The position numbers and the translations under genes were made by a program. Below are positions 1 to 9,200 of a DNA stretch of 46,651 nt, piece after piece. Under the pieces are notes generated by a model, which was not told the origin of the DNA, ran no database searches, and saw only the letters and a list, made by a program, of their open reading frames with translations. Source of the DNA: Escherichia phage vB_EcoS-733R5; sequence record ON470608.1. One strand, 5' to 3'. The stretch's first letter is position 1. Each line of letters begins with the position of its first letter.

Positions 1-933
1 ATGGACAACGACAAAATTGATCAACACAGCGACGAAATTGAAGTTGAGAGCGAAGAAAAAGAGCGCGGCAAAAAAATAGAAATAGATGAAGACCGACTCC
101 CCTCCCGGGCGATGGCAATTCATGAGCATATCCGCCAGGATGGTGAAAAAGAGCTGGAACGCGACGCAATGGCGCTACTGTGGTCAGCCATTGCGGCGGG
201 TCTGTCGATGGGCGCTTCGTTACTGGCAAAAGGGATATTTCAAGTCGAACTGGAAGGTGTGCCGGGCAGCTTCTTGCTGGAGAATCTCGGTTATACCTTT
301 GGTTTTATTATCGTCATTATGGCCCGCCAGCAATTATTTACCGAAAATACCGTGACTGCGGTACTACCCGTCATGCAAAAACCGACAATGAGCAACGTCG
401 GCTTACTTATGCGATTATGGGGCGTCGTGCTGCTGGGTAATATTCTCGGGACAGGTATTGCTGCATGGGCATTTGAATATATGCCTATCTTCAATGAAGA
501 AACTCGCGATGCATTTGTCAAAATCGGCATGGATGTGATGAAGAACACCCCCAGCGAGATGTTTGCCAACGCGATCATTTCCGGCTGGCTGATCGCCACT
601 ATGGTTTGGATGTTTCCTGCTGCGGGTGCGGCAAAGATTGTGGTGATTATATTGATGACCTGGCTTATTGCACTGGGTGACACCACCCACATCGTTGTCG
701 GTTCTGTTGAAATCCTCTATCTGGTGTTTAACGGCACGCTGCACTGGAGCGATTTCATCTGGCCCTTCGCACTACCTACTTTAGCCGGGAACATCTGCGG
801 CGGCACCTTTATCTTCGCGTTAATGAGTCATGCACAGATTCGTAACGACATGAGCAACAAGCGTAAAGCAGAAGCACGCCAAAAAGCAGAACGTGCGGAA
901 AACATTAAGAAAAATGATAAAAACCCAGCATAA
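1..933 (+). CDS. yfdC: Formate/nitrite transporter (FNT) family inner-membrane protein YfdC
   Basis: 310-aa ORF with multiple hydrophobic helices; recognised from memory as the E. coli YfdC protein that neighbours argW. ATG falls at window position 1. Confidence 0.75.
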   Translation: MDNDKIDQHSDEIEVESEEKERGKKIEIDEDRLPSRAMAIHEHIRQDGEKELERDAMALLWSAIAAGLSMGASLLAKGIFQVELEGVPGSFLLENLGYTFGFIIVIMARQQLFTENTVTAVLPVMQKPTMSNVGLLMRLWGVVLLGNILGTGIAAWAFEYMPIFNEETRDAFVKIGMDVMKNTPSEMFANAIISGWLIATMVWMFPAAGAAKIVVIILMTWLIALGDTTHIVVGSVEILYLVFNGTLHWSDFIWPFALPTLAGNICGGTFIFALMSHAQIRNDMSNKRKAEARQKAERAENIKKNDKNPA

Positions 934-1008
934 ATGGCGAGGGTTTAAGCAATCGAGCGGCAGCGTACTTACCCCGCAGTCCATTAGCGGGTATACTCAT
1001 GCCGCATT

Positions 1009-1035
1009 GTCCTCTTAGTTAAATGGATATAACGA
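1009..1035. repeat. 27-bp direct repeat of the tRNA-Arg 5' end (one mismatch); candidate attL core
   Basis: gtcctcttagttaaatggatataacga here versus gtccccttagttaaatggatataacga at 42243..42269; it lies about 75 bp after the yfdC stop and marks the transition into AT-rich accessory DNA. Confidence 0.7.
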
Positions 1036-1346
1036 CTACAAATATAACCAACTGTTTTAAATGATAAAAAAAATTTCAATAAACTCCACCTGTACACATA
1101 ACTGCACACACTTTTGTTAGGTTGTATCCATATATGTATGGGTATTAAAAGTTGTCGGCATTTCGACTTTTTGAGACTGTGGGCGGTACTCTTTCTATCA
1201 TAAATACTCTATAGTTTGTTCAATGATGTTTCATGTTGTTCGATGGATGCCTACATGCTGTCTGTTACATCTTCCTTGGTTCGAAGATGTTGCTTAAAAA
1301 ATCAGTTCAAGTATGATTCTCATCCATAAAAGGGAAGAACTTCAAA

Positions 1347-1643
1347 ATGACAAACTCAGACAAAAATGTTAAAGCCGCACCGTTTGGCGTAACGAAAATC
1401 GAAAATGCTGAACATTTTCATGACGTTTTCGCAGACATAACTGGTGTTACTGAGTACAACATTGATGGCACTGTTTACGTAAACTTATCTTTCTTAAGTC
1501 ATCGCGTTTTTCCATACGCAGATGAGAGCGGTCATCCGTCAAGTTCAAGAGTCGACATCAAACGAGTTGCATCAGTAACTCTTACGCGTGACAAAGCAAT
1601 AGCCTTACGTAACGCACTTAATGCTAACCTATCAGATGAATAG
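1347..1643 (+). CDS. Hypothetical protein, first gene of an AT-rich three-gene cargo operon
   Basis: 98-aa ORF with a Shine-Dalgarno-like aaggga upstream of the ATG; AT-rich context; no family recognised. Confidence 0.5.
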   Translation: MTNSDKNVKAAPFGVTKIENAEHFHDVFADITGVTEYNIDGTVYVNLSFLSHRVFPYADESGHPSSSRVDIKRVASVTLTRDKAIALRNALNANLSDE

Positions 1644-1663
1644 TAAAATATGGGGCTAAAATA

Positions 1664-1909
1664 ATGACTATCAACACTATGTTTATGGTCTCTACATTTT
1701 CAACACCTACTGGCATAAGCACTGTCAACGCTGTTGATTTCGTAGCCTCTGAAGTCGCAAATGCGACACGAACTAACTTTACTAGCAGAGATACCTTTGC
1801 TGACTATCCCATGGATGAGATCTGTGCTTCTCTTGCTTCTGCTGACATCCTCATCCCGTCTCAACTCGCTACCGCTGATGAGATTGATGCATGGCTAATG
1901 GATCTGTAG
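1664..1909 (+). CDS. Hypothetical protein, second gene of the cargo operon
   Basis: 81-aa ORF starting 21 bp after the first gene; acidic C-terminus; no family recognised. Confidence 0.45.
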   Translation: MTINTMFMVSTFSTPTGISTVNAVDFVASEVANATRTNFTSRDTFADYPMDEICASLASADILIPSQLATADEIDAWLMDL

Positions 1910-2277
1910 ACGTTTCCGTCACTGCACACTTTAGAGCCAGATACAGGCAATTTCCTCCTAAAAGTAGGCAGAGGATTAGTACCTTTATCAACGAAGTCAT
2001 GAAAAACGGGTTTGCAAATCTTGAAGGTAGAAATAAGTTTTCCGATGATGTAAGCCCGGATGATCCTGATTTCAGAGCAAAAGTGCAGTTTGTAAACGAG
2101 CATTGCCTTTGGCACTACCATGTCGGCATTCATGATTATGAAATGGATAAGCCTTATGGTGATAGAACATCAATGTTCGTTTTACATTATAAAAGACATA
2201 ATCCTGCGAGCATTAGTGTGAACCACTTATCGCCGCACCCTCCATTCACGTTGCCTACGTTGGAAATGTTTACTTAA
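1891..2277 (+). CDS. Hypothetical protein, third gene of the cargo operon (start uncertain)
   Basis: 128-aa ORF overlapping the preceding gene by 19 nt, suggesting translational coupling; His-rich stretch WHYHVGIHDYE; ends immediately before a strong terminator. Confidence 0.45.
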   Translation: MANGSVDVSVTAHFRARYRQFPPKSRQRISTFINEVMKNGFANLEGRNKFSDDVSPDDPDFRAKVQFVNEHCLWHYHVGIHDYEMDKPYGDRTSMFVLHYKRHNPASISVNHLSPHPPFTLPTLEMFT

Positions 2278-2307
2278 AAAACCAGCCATTTATGGCTGGT
2301 TTTTTTA
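2276..2307. terminator. Bidirectional rho-independent terminator
   Basis: aaaaaaccagccatttatggctggttttttt: a GC stem flanked by an A-run and a T-run, between the convergent + operon and the - strand gene ending at 2342. Confidence 0.7.
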
Positions 2308-2341
2308 TATTGATTAGGTACTTATACAATTAACTATTGTT

Positions 2342-2668
2342 TTATATAACCGGGCATCCATCATCAGTAGGCCATGCGCGATTGATGTCGAATGTCACCA
2401 CCCCGACAACTGTAACATCATCCAAAGCCTCTCCTTCCAGAGTCTCACCGTCTCTTGTAATAAATGCCCGGCCCATAATTTTTGCAAAATCTGTGCCTCC
2501 GCCGTATTGAATTAAAACGGTATCTCCTTGCTTTGGTTTACCGGAGACATCGACTACGGTGTAACCAGTTTCTGTTTGCACGATCCGAGTATTAGGGCCG
2601 GTACCGCAGAGTTTATCGACGGTAAGCCGTCCTTCCACAAAGTCTGCTGCTGGCGATGGAAAGCCCAC
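2342..2668 (-). CDS. UmuD'-like / peptidase S24-like domain protein, apparently lacking the canonical Ser-Lys dyad
   Basis: N-terminus GFPSPAADFVEGRLTVDKL closely matches the UmuD segment GFPSPAADYVEQRIDLNQL that follows the autocleavage site; the C-terminal VVGVV resembles the S24 beta-core; the SGxSM catalytic motif is not evident. GTG start 2 nt after the upstream stop. Confidence 0.5.
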   Translation of the reverse strand: MGFPSPAADFVEGRLTVDKLCGTGPNTRIVQTETGYTVVDVSGKPKQGDTVLIQYGGGTDFAKIMGRAFITRDGETLEGEALDDVTVVGVVTFDINRAWPTDDGCPVI

Positions 2669-2670
2669 GA

Positions 2671-2910
2671 TTACAGCCCTCCATTTGGGTTGTAAAGCTG
2701 GAACGTGCGATCGTCACCTTCCTGCGTTGAGACGTCGCGGAATGTTGTCACGTAGCCCTCTATCCACTGATTAGCCTGCCGTGGCGACCAGTGCCAGTTA
2801 TATCTCTCCAGTTCCTGCAGAAATCGCCTGGTGGTGAGGATGCGCTTTCCGTTAGGCAGGATATCTATTGCCTTACGGCAGGCCGTCTCGATTTCGTATA
2901 AACGCGGCAT
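2671..2910 (-). CDS. Hypothetical small protein paired upstream of the UmuD'-like gene
   Basis: 79 aa from the ATG preceded by gggggaag; stop is 2 nt before the downstream GTG start; no family recognised. Confidence 0.4.
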   Translation of the reverse strand: MPRLYEIETACRKAIDILPNGKRILTTRRFLQELERYNWHWSPRQANQWIEGYVTTFRDVSTQEGDDRTFQLYNPNGGL

Positions 2911-3048
2911 ACTTCCCCCTGTCAAACTTACTGTATATAAACACAGTAAATGCATGTGTGCAGCAGATCAATATTGGCAGTGGCTATCAATGATCGGCGC
3001 TGACGTAACGCATTGATGCCTCAATTCGACTGGCAACATTGAGCAGGG

Positions 3049-3095
3049 AAATATTTATAAATCGTCTTCACCCCCCTCATATTACATCGGCTACC
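3049..3095. repeat. Copy A of an approximately 45-bp repeat encoding a serine-recombinase C-terminus
   Basis: The minus strand encodes ...GVKTIYKYFP...; direct repeat of the sequences at 3258..3304 and 3838..3882. Confidence 0.6.
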
Positions 3096-3257
3096 GACCC
3101 AATGTTTTAACTGCTCAGACCAGAAATATCTGGAAGCTTTAGGCATCTTCTTGGAAGATAGATGAGCGCAAAGACGCACACAGCAATGATGTTATGTAGT
3201 ATTTTCCCCTTGAGTGTGCCTGCTCAAGGGGATTTTTTATCGCCGTATTGTACTGGC

Positions 3258-3304
3258 AAATATTTGTAAATCGTCTTCACTCCCACGCCTGTCACATAGG
3301 CCAC
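3258..3304. repeat. Copy B of the recombinase 3'-end repeat
   Basis: aaatatttgtaaatcgtcttcactcccacgcctgtcacataggccac; the minus strand encodes ...VTGVGVKTIYKYLPV... Confidence 0.6.
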
Positions 3305-3322
3305 ACGCTACTGGACAGGCGC

Positions 3323-3745
3323 TTAGTCCGGTATGTTTCTCGCGCTACTACTGCTTACGTTAACGTCTGGTAATGCTCTAGCGGCGCGACGTAAAGCGGC
3401 GTTGAAAGCAATTATAGTGACCGGCCGGCGATGGTACTTCACACGGTTAGAATGACTCTGAAATAAATAAACATCTTCTGGATAGCGTTCTCTTCTACGA
3501 GCAATCATCGCCTCCACTGGAGGGGTTGATTTAACACGTAGCTCCTTCAGGTGACCCTGTTTTCGTATCAGTATCAAGTCACCATCAATATCATCATATC
3601 GAATACTCAGCAGCCTTCCAGCGCTTAAACCCGTGTGAAAAATTAACGCCCACAAGTCAGCCCATGTATCTGAGATGGAAACAAGATTGCTGTTAATAGT
3701 TAAAAATTGCTCAAAACTTATTGTTTTCTTACCGTTCACGAACAA
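3323..3745 (-). pseudogene. Tyrosine-recombinase-like fragment, apparently truncated before box II
   Basis: 140-aa ORF containing HTGLSAGRLLSIRYDDID (box-I-like); it terminates before any HxxR...Y region and runs directly into repeat copy B. Confidence 0.4.
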
Positions 3746-3822
3746 CCCAAACTGTTTTCAAAGCTGAATGAATTGATTAAGCCAAACGTAACATATCAGG
3801 AAAAGTAGTGAAATCTTTGTCT

Positions 3823-4054
3823 TCAAGTCGCCGGGAGGTACTTGTAGATTGTTTTCACGTCCACGCCTGTCACATCGGCTACCTGCTGCCGGGTTGCGCC
3901 CGTACCCAACATCCTGCGGCATCGCTCCACAACCTCAGTGGTCATTACCCGGCGCCGTCCACCTACTCTCCCCTGCTCCCTCGCTGCGGCTAAACCGGCG
4001 CGGGTACGCTCGACAATCAGCTCTCGTTCCATCTCTGCCATTATCCACAGTCGG
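3823..4054 (-). pseudogene. Serine recombinase (Hin/Gin/Pin-type DNA invertase) C-terminal fragment
   Basis: AEMERELIVERTRAGLAAAREQGRVGGRRR...QQVADVTGVDVKTIYKYL matches the invertase catalytic-domain end plus HTH; the N-terminal ~120 aa are absent; the 3' end is repeat copy C (3838..3882). Confidence 0.7.
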
Positions 4055-4229
4055 TTTTCGCTGTGATCCAGCGCGCTATCGACGAAATACGATTTTTTCC
4101 CGTGCGATCCAGGAATTCGCCTCCACCTCGGATAAGTGGATGCCGCACCGGCGCAGCGCTGACACAAAATCCTTTGTGTGCAGGTATTGAAAACCTTTGG
4201 AGTTGCGCAATACCGACTCGCGGAATGCC

Positions 4230-6183
4230 TGATTGATATCTGACTGACAGTGCATGATCTGCCCTCTGATAAACGTCGCGGTAGGGATACCCGTTACCGG
4301 GTACCCCCCGCACAGATCCCGGCGTGCGCTATTCACGCACCGGGCTCCTGCCTTGGGTGTCTGGCGGTGAACCGCTCCACAGGCCATGGATGCAGAACCC
4401 GAACCTTCGGCAGCCATACGGCTGCCAGTCTGTTTGCTTTCGTCCATGTCGTATCATCCTGCTGGCTCCTGCGCCTCAGCGCCCGTCGCCAGAGGTCTGT
4501 TACGTATATCCTGAACTTCCGCATCATGGGATAGTTGCCCGGGACTGAGTGGTAGTTCAGGTATCCCTGAACCACTCTCCTGAGCCATTTTCCCTGTTCG
4601 GGGATTGAGTAATGCCAGCGCTTTCGTAGTCCGTCCTTGATCGCTTTCAGTGTCGCCGTCATCCTGTCCCGGCGTGTCTTTCGTATCAGCATGAACCTGC
4701 CACTACGATCTTTCCCACTGATATGCGTGAACCCGAGGAAGTTGAACGTTTCTGGTTTACCTTTTCCCCTGCTGGCGCGGTTTTCGGCTGCGAAGCGGCC
4801 GAACTCCGTCAGTCGGGTTTTCTTCGGATGTACCGTGAGTCCGAACTCCTTCAGTCTGCGCTGCATGGCTATACGAAAGCATTGAGCGTCGATTCGCTTG
4901 TCGAACCCGATGACTATGTCATCTGCGTATCTGACCATGACCACATTGCCTGTGGCATGGCGGCGTCGCCACTGATGCGCCCACAGATCGAAGACATAGT
5001 GGAGGTAGATGTTTGCCAGCAGCGGCGAGATAACCGCACCCTGTGGGGTGCCTTCCTCCGATGCCCGCCATTCTCCTTCCTCTGAGGTCCCGGCTGTGAG
5101 CCACTTTCGTATGAGCCTGATTACCCTCTGGTCGCCGATTCTGTGTTCTATGAACCTGATTAGCCATTCATGGCTTACCTTGTCGAAGAACTGACTGATA
5201 TCGGCATCCAGTACCCAGTTTACATTGGTCCGAACCAGCCCTGTGGCCAGTGCGTCCAGCGCATTGTGCTGGTTTCGCCCGGGTCTGAACCCGTATGAAA
5301 ACCCCATAAAGTCATTTTCGTAGACTGCATTCAGGATCTTAACCAGCGCATACTGGACGATTTTGTCCTCCAGTGAGGCGATGCCGAGCGGGCGCTGTTT
5401 TCCATCCGCTTTCGGGATGTAGTGCCGCCTGCCGGGCTGAGCCCTGTAACTACCCTGATGAAGCCTCCGGTGCAGATCTGCTATGTTGACCTTCAGGTTT
5501 TCGGCGTAGTCCTTCCACCTGACACCATCAACTCCGGCAGCCGCTTTCCTGCTCAGGGAGAGGAATGCGTTCTCCAGTGCCTCTGCTGTCAGGAGGTGGA
5601 ACAATGCGGTAAACCGTTCTTTCTTCCGCTGCTTCGCAGCTTCCCGCACGCGTGACAGCCTCTGTGACATACTTTCCCGGCTCTGCGTCCGGCGCATGTG
5701 TGGCTGTTCCGCGTTTCCCTTGGCCCCGCTCCTTCGCTCCACTGACTCCGCTCCTTGCGGATTGTTCGCCAGATTCGCAGCTACTATGAGCGAGTCCGAC
5801 TTCTCCTCTCCGTACATCACCGGCTTCGGCTCCTCGCCTTCCCGGTGCGGGCCATCTCCGGCACTGGCAGATGGTCAGAGGGGAGATCTCCCGGTTCCCG
5901 CGTAAAGATCGTATTGACATGCCAGGGTCTCAGACCCCGCCGGGTCCATATGGCACTCGCAGTAACGCACCCTATGATGTTGCCTTCCGTAAACAGTACA
6001 ACGTCGGCACCCGGGAATTTAATATACATTTCGTGGCTCAATGGCTGGCCTGTCAACACCCCTGTCAACGCTTCGCCCCATACCTCACGGTATACAACGC
6101 ATGACTCGGGGACCCTGTGGATTGCTGGTCCTTCAATGGTCGGGGACTTTCACCCCTTGATCTTTACCGGTCTCCCGGCGCAC
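4230..6183 (-). mobile_element. Group II intron (3' boundary approximate)
   Basis: The minus strand begins GTGCGCCGGGAGACCGG (5' consensus GUGCG) at 6183, contains the RT/maturase ORF, and has a domain-V-like hairpin with a GTAA tetraloop at about 4278..4311. Confidence 0.7.
4333..5820 (-). CDS. Group II intron-encoded reverse transcriptase/maturase (LtrA-like)
   Basis: 495 aa with RT motifs (FxGxxxGxxxSPLLANIYL, YADD active site) followed by a maturase X-like domain. Confidence 0.85.
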   Translation of the reverse strand: MMYGEEKSDSLIVAANLANNPQGAESVERRSGAKGNAEQPHMRRTQSRESMSQRLSRVREAAKQRKKERFTALFHLLTAEALENAFLSLSRKAAAGVDGVRWKDYAENLKVNIADLHRRLHQGSYRAQPGRRHYIPKADGKQRPLGIASLEDKIVQYALVKILNAVYENDFMGFSYGFRPGRNQHNALDALATGLVRTNVNWVLDADISQFFDKVSHEWLIRFIEHRIGDQRVIRLIRKWLTAGTSEEGEWRASEEGTPQGAVISPLLANIYLHYVFDLWAHQWRRRHATGNVVMVRYADDIVIGFDKRIDAQCFRIAMQRRLKEFGLTVHPKKTRLTEFGRFAAENRASRGKGKPETFNFLGFTHISGKDRSGRFMLIRKTRRDRMTATLKAIKDGLRKRWHYSIPEQGKWLRRVVQGYLNYHSVPGNYPMMRKFRIYVTDLWRRALRRRSQQDDTTWTKANRLAAVWLPKVRVLHPWPVERFTARHPRQEPGA

Positions 6184-6252
6184 ACTGTTTTTATATACAG
6201 TAGTTATCGTCGCGAGATCATTCAAGCATTTTTGCCTTCCATGGCGTCAGTG

Positions 6253-9200
6253 CTACTGGTTGTTATCCAGCCAGTATTGCATCCATGCGTCAGCCATAAT
6301 ATTGCAGGCAAAGGTATATTCTGAGAATGTCGTTGAAATTTCTGAGAAGAAATCCAGATCCCACAGCTTAATCTGCCCATTGGTATTTGACCCACCGTAC
6401 TCATCAAAAGCATCCAGCAGGCGCTCAGCTGCTTCGAGGCAGGAGTTATCACCAGAATGCAGAAGAGGGTACAGCAGGAATCCAACCGTTGTCGGCTGCC
6501 CGCGGCGCGACTCCGCGATGCAGTAGTCCACTTCCTTCAGCCCACCGTAACCCGATACAGCATTTAACGCATAGGTTTCCATGTTTAGGACCGATGCCCG
6601 TCCCGCTGCTTTGCATCCGATCAGGTAGTTGTTCCAGGCATACACCTGATAATGCAGATAGCGACGCTTCGGAACATTCTCAGTGACGTTATCGGTAATA
6701 ATGTTTTTCACCCCGGCAAAATACGTACTGGATGAAAACTGACCGTCAACCATCGTCATCGCCGTAGCGTAGCTCCCGGAGGTATCCAGACCAGCAGCAT
6801 ACGCCATCGCCCAGGAACGGAACGCAGCAGCATAGAAGTTGCTGTTTGCCGAACCGACCGTACCGAATGCTGAATAGCAGTCTGCTGCCAGATTGCCGAT
6901 GGCCACTTTCAGTTCGGTTTGTTTTGCCGTGTCACCATTCAGCACCGCGAGCTTATAGAGCCACCACAGCGGAGGGAGTACCAGGCGGGAGGCAAACTGC
7001 AGCGACTTGGAATCAGCTGCGTTTCCGAGGTGAATGTTGCCGATACTTCCGTACCACGTTGTCGCCCACGCGGAGAACTTCGCATACACCGTCTCAAACG
7101 AGCCGATTTTCAGATGCAGCATGCGCACAATATCGCCGGCAATGGTGTTGAACATCCCGTTGCCGTTGTCGGTACTTGTCGCATCCAGCGTATTCCAGGC
7201 CGCAATACCGCTAATGACATCCCCCAGACGGCTGGCCAGTTTAGCCTGGCGGACGCGTGGGTACACAGATGACAGTGAAGCGAACCCAACAACAGGATTA
7301 AGTTCGACGTTAGACAATGCCGTAGTATCAGAAATGCTCTCGTTAAGGTTCATAGTGAATGAGACAGGCCACGCCCAACCCGCAGGAGCACCAAGGGTCG
7401 TTGTGGTCGATCCATATGTTCCTGCCGTCCACCCACCATCGAAACGTACATAGGATGTGGTTACTGTCAGCCCGGCGACTGGCGGCCTGTTACCAACAGT
7501 AGACGCTTCAGCAGAATCACGAATAGTATCGCCGCCTGCGTTACGGATAGACACAGAACGCAATACTGAATTGTCAGTCCAGATCGCGTTGTACTCGTTA
7601 CGATATGCTTTGGTCGCCGTTGAGTTAAGCTGAATGCGCGTCATACATGCAAACAGGGCATTAGCTGCCAGCGCAGATTGCAGGCGAGCCACAGCATCAA
7701 TCTGTACATACCCGTTTTTGAATACCCGAGTACGGTAGGTATGTTTAATCAACCGCGCCGCAATGGCCACGTTACCGGTAAGAGCGCCATTGTAGAAGAT
7801 AGTTTCTATTTCGGTGAATACCGGACCATCACTGATAATTTTGTACGCGTAGTCCGTATAACCCGCCGCGACCGTCGACCAGGCGGTGCCGGTTACCGTC
7901 GCATACAACTGCTGACAGATATTGGTATAGGTGATGCTGTCCCGCGTCAGTTTGTACGGCAGCCAGCCTACCACGCTGTCAAAACGCACCTGAGTCCCGT
8001 CATCGGCGGTTACCAGCAGACTGGTTGCGGTTTCCCGGTTCGTTCTGGTGTAGGAGGACGCATCCTGCGGTGTCGGGTAGGCCTTCAGCAGGTATTTTTT
8101 GGACGAGTTAGCCGGGATATTATCGAGGATAAGCAAATCCCCGCTGCGCAGGGAGCCATCAGCCCAGTAACTCAGGTTACGCCCCCGGCGCGGGTTAAAG
8201 TCTCCCTCTCCCGCCCACTGGGAGGGATATACCGTTCCGTCCGCATCCGTCACCACAATACAGCGGTCAGTCGGTACCTCACCCGCCTGGAATTTGCATT
8301 TTATCGCTACAGGGCGGCTTCCTGTTGCGTAATCAGTTGTGTTTTTAACCACAACCTCATAGCGGCGATACGTCGTTAAATCGTCAGTTGTCATTTTGGG
8401 CCCGTTGAACGTACCGGTTAATGTTACGTTTCCGTCAGTCGTCAGGGTGACGGCACCGGCGGCGAGTTTAAAAAGGTTGCAGAAGGTTTTTGTTGCGGAT
8501 ACAGATGTGACCTGACTGAACACGTAGCCTGCCAGCTTATCCACCACATACTGAATAATCCCCGCAGTGGTCAGCGCATAGCCTGCTGCCGTGACGTCCG
8601 CATTCAGGACAGCCAGAATCAGCATGCCCGTTGAGGCGTTGTAGGTGATGCCCCGTGTGGTTCCCCCGGCAATCGTGGTGGGAGTGAAGGCGTCAAACAC
8701 TCCTGCGCGGTCACGAATGATGCGGGTGGTGTCAGATGGCAGAGCACCGGGCAGCGTGACCGGGATGTTCATCGTCGTGCGACCGGTGGTCGTGTTGATA
8801 CCCAGGCCGTTGATACCCGCTGGCTGCAGCACAAAATCGACATACGGCGTTGTCAGGACGGCGCCGGCGGTAGATTCGCCTTCCAGCAGAGCTATGCTCT
8901 GTGAAGTACCAAGTCCGTCGGTCATCGTCATGACCAGGCGGCGCACGTTCGTGGAAAGGGACAGCTTATTCAGCGTGAAAATACTGCCGCCGCTCATCGT
9001 GGCACTGTAAGCCACCTGTGACCCATAGTTACCTACGGAGCCGATATTGGTCTGGTAGTCCCGGAGTTCGAGATTCAGCGCCCGCAACCTGTCAGCGGCA
9101 TACGCCTGAGCATTTGCAGCAATATTCACGGCATTGGCGTTTGACTGCATTTTCCCAACATCAAGAGACAGTTTTTTTGTCACCTGAATAGTCGCCGTAC

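Noticed and set aside
4076-4447. 123-aa minus-strand ORF downstream of the intron RT
   Set aside because: It overlaps the intron 3' domains (domain-V-like hairpin) and the adjacent flank, so it is probably structured RNA rather than coding sequence.
4333-6253. Diversity-generating retroelement (RT next to a tail fibre gene)
   Set aside because: The RT is a 495-aa group II intron-type enzyme with a maturase domain and the intron RNA begins GUGCG. The nearby repeats are in recombinase 3' ends, not a template/variable repeat pair at the tail-fibre C-terminus.
5755-6324. 189-aa plus-strand ORF spanning the intron 5' region and the tail-fibre 3' end
   Set aside because: It crosses the intron boundary and overlaps the structured intron domain I in antisense; it is most likely spurious.
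7678-9010. Plus-strand ORFs of 233 and 121 aa inside the tail-fibre gene
   Set aside because: They lie antisense within a long, well-supported minus-strand coding region, have no SD, and have compositionally odd products; typical shadow ORFs. The same applies to 21110..21721, 28452..29114 and 45545..46057.
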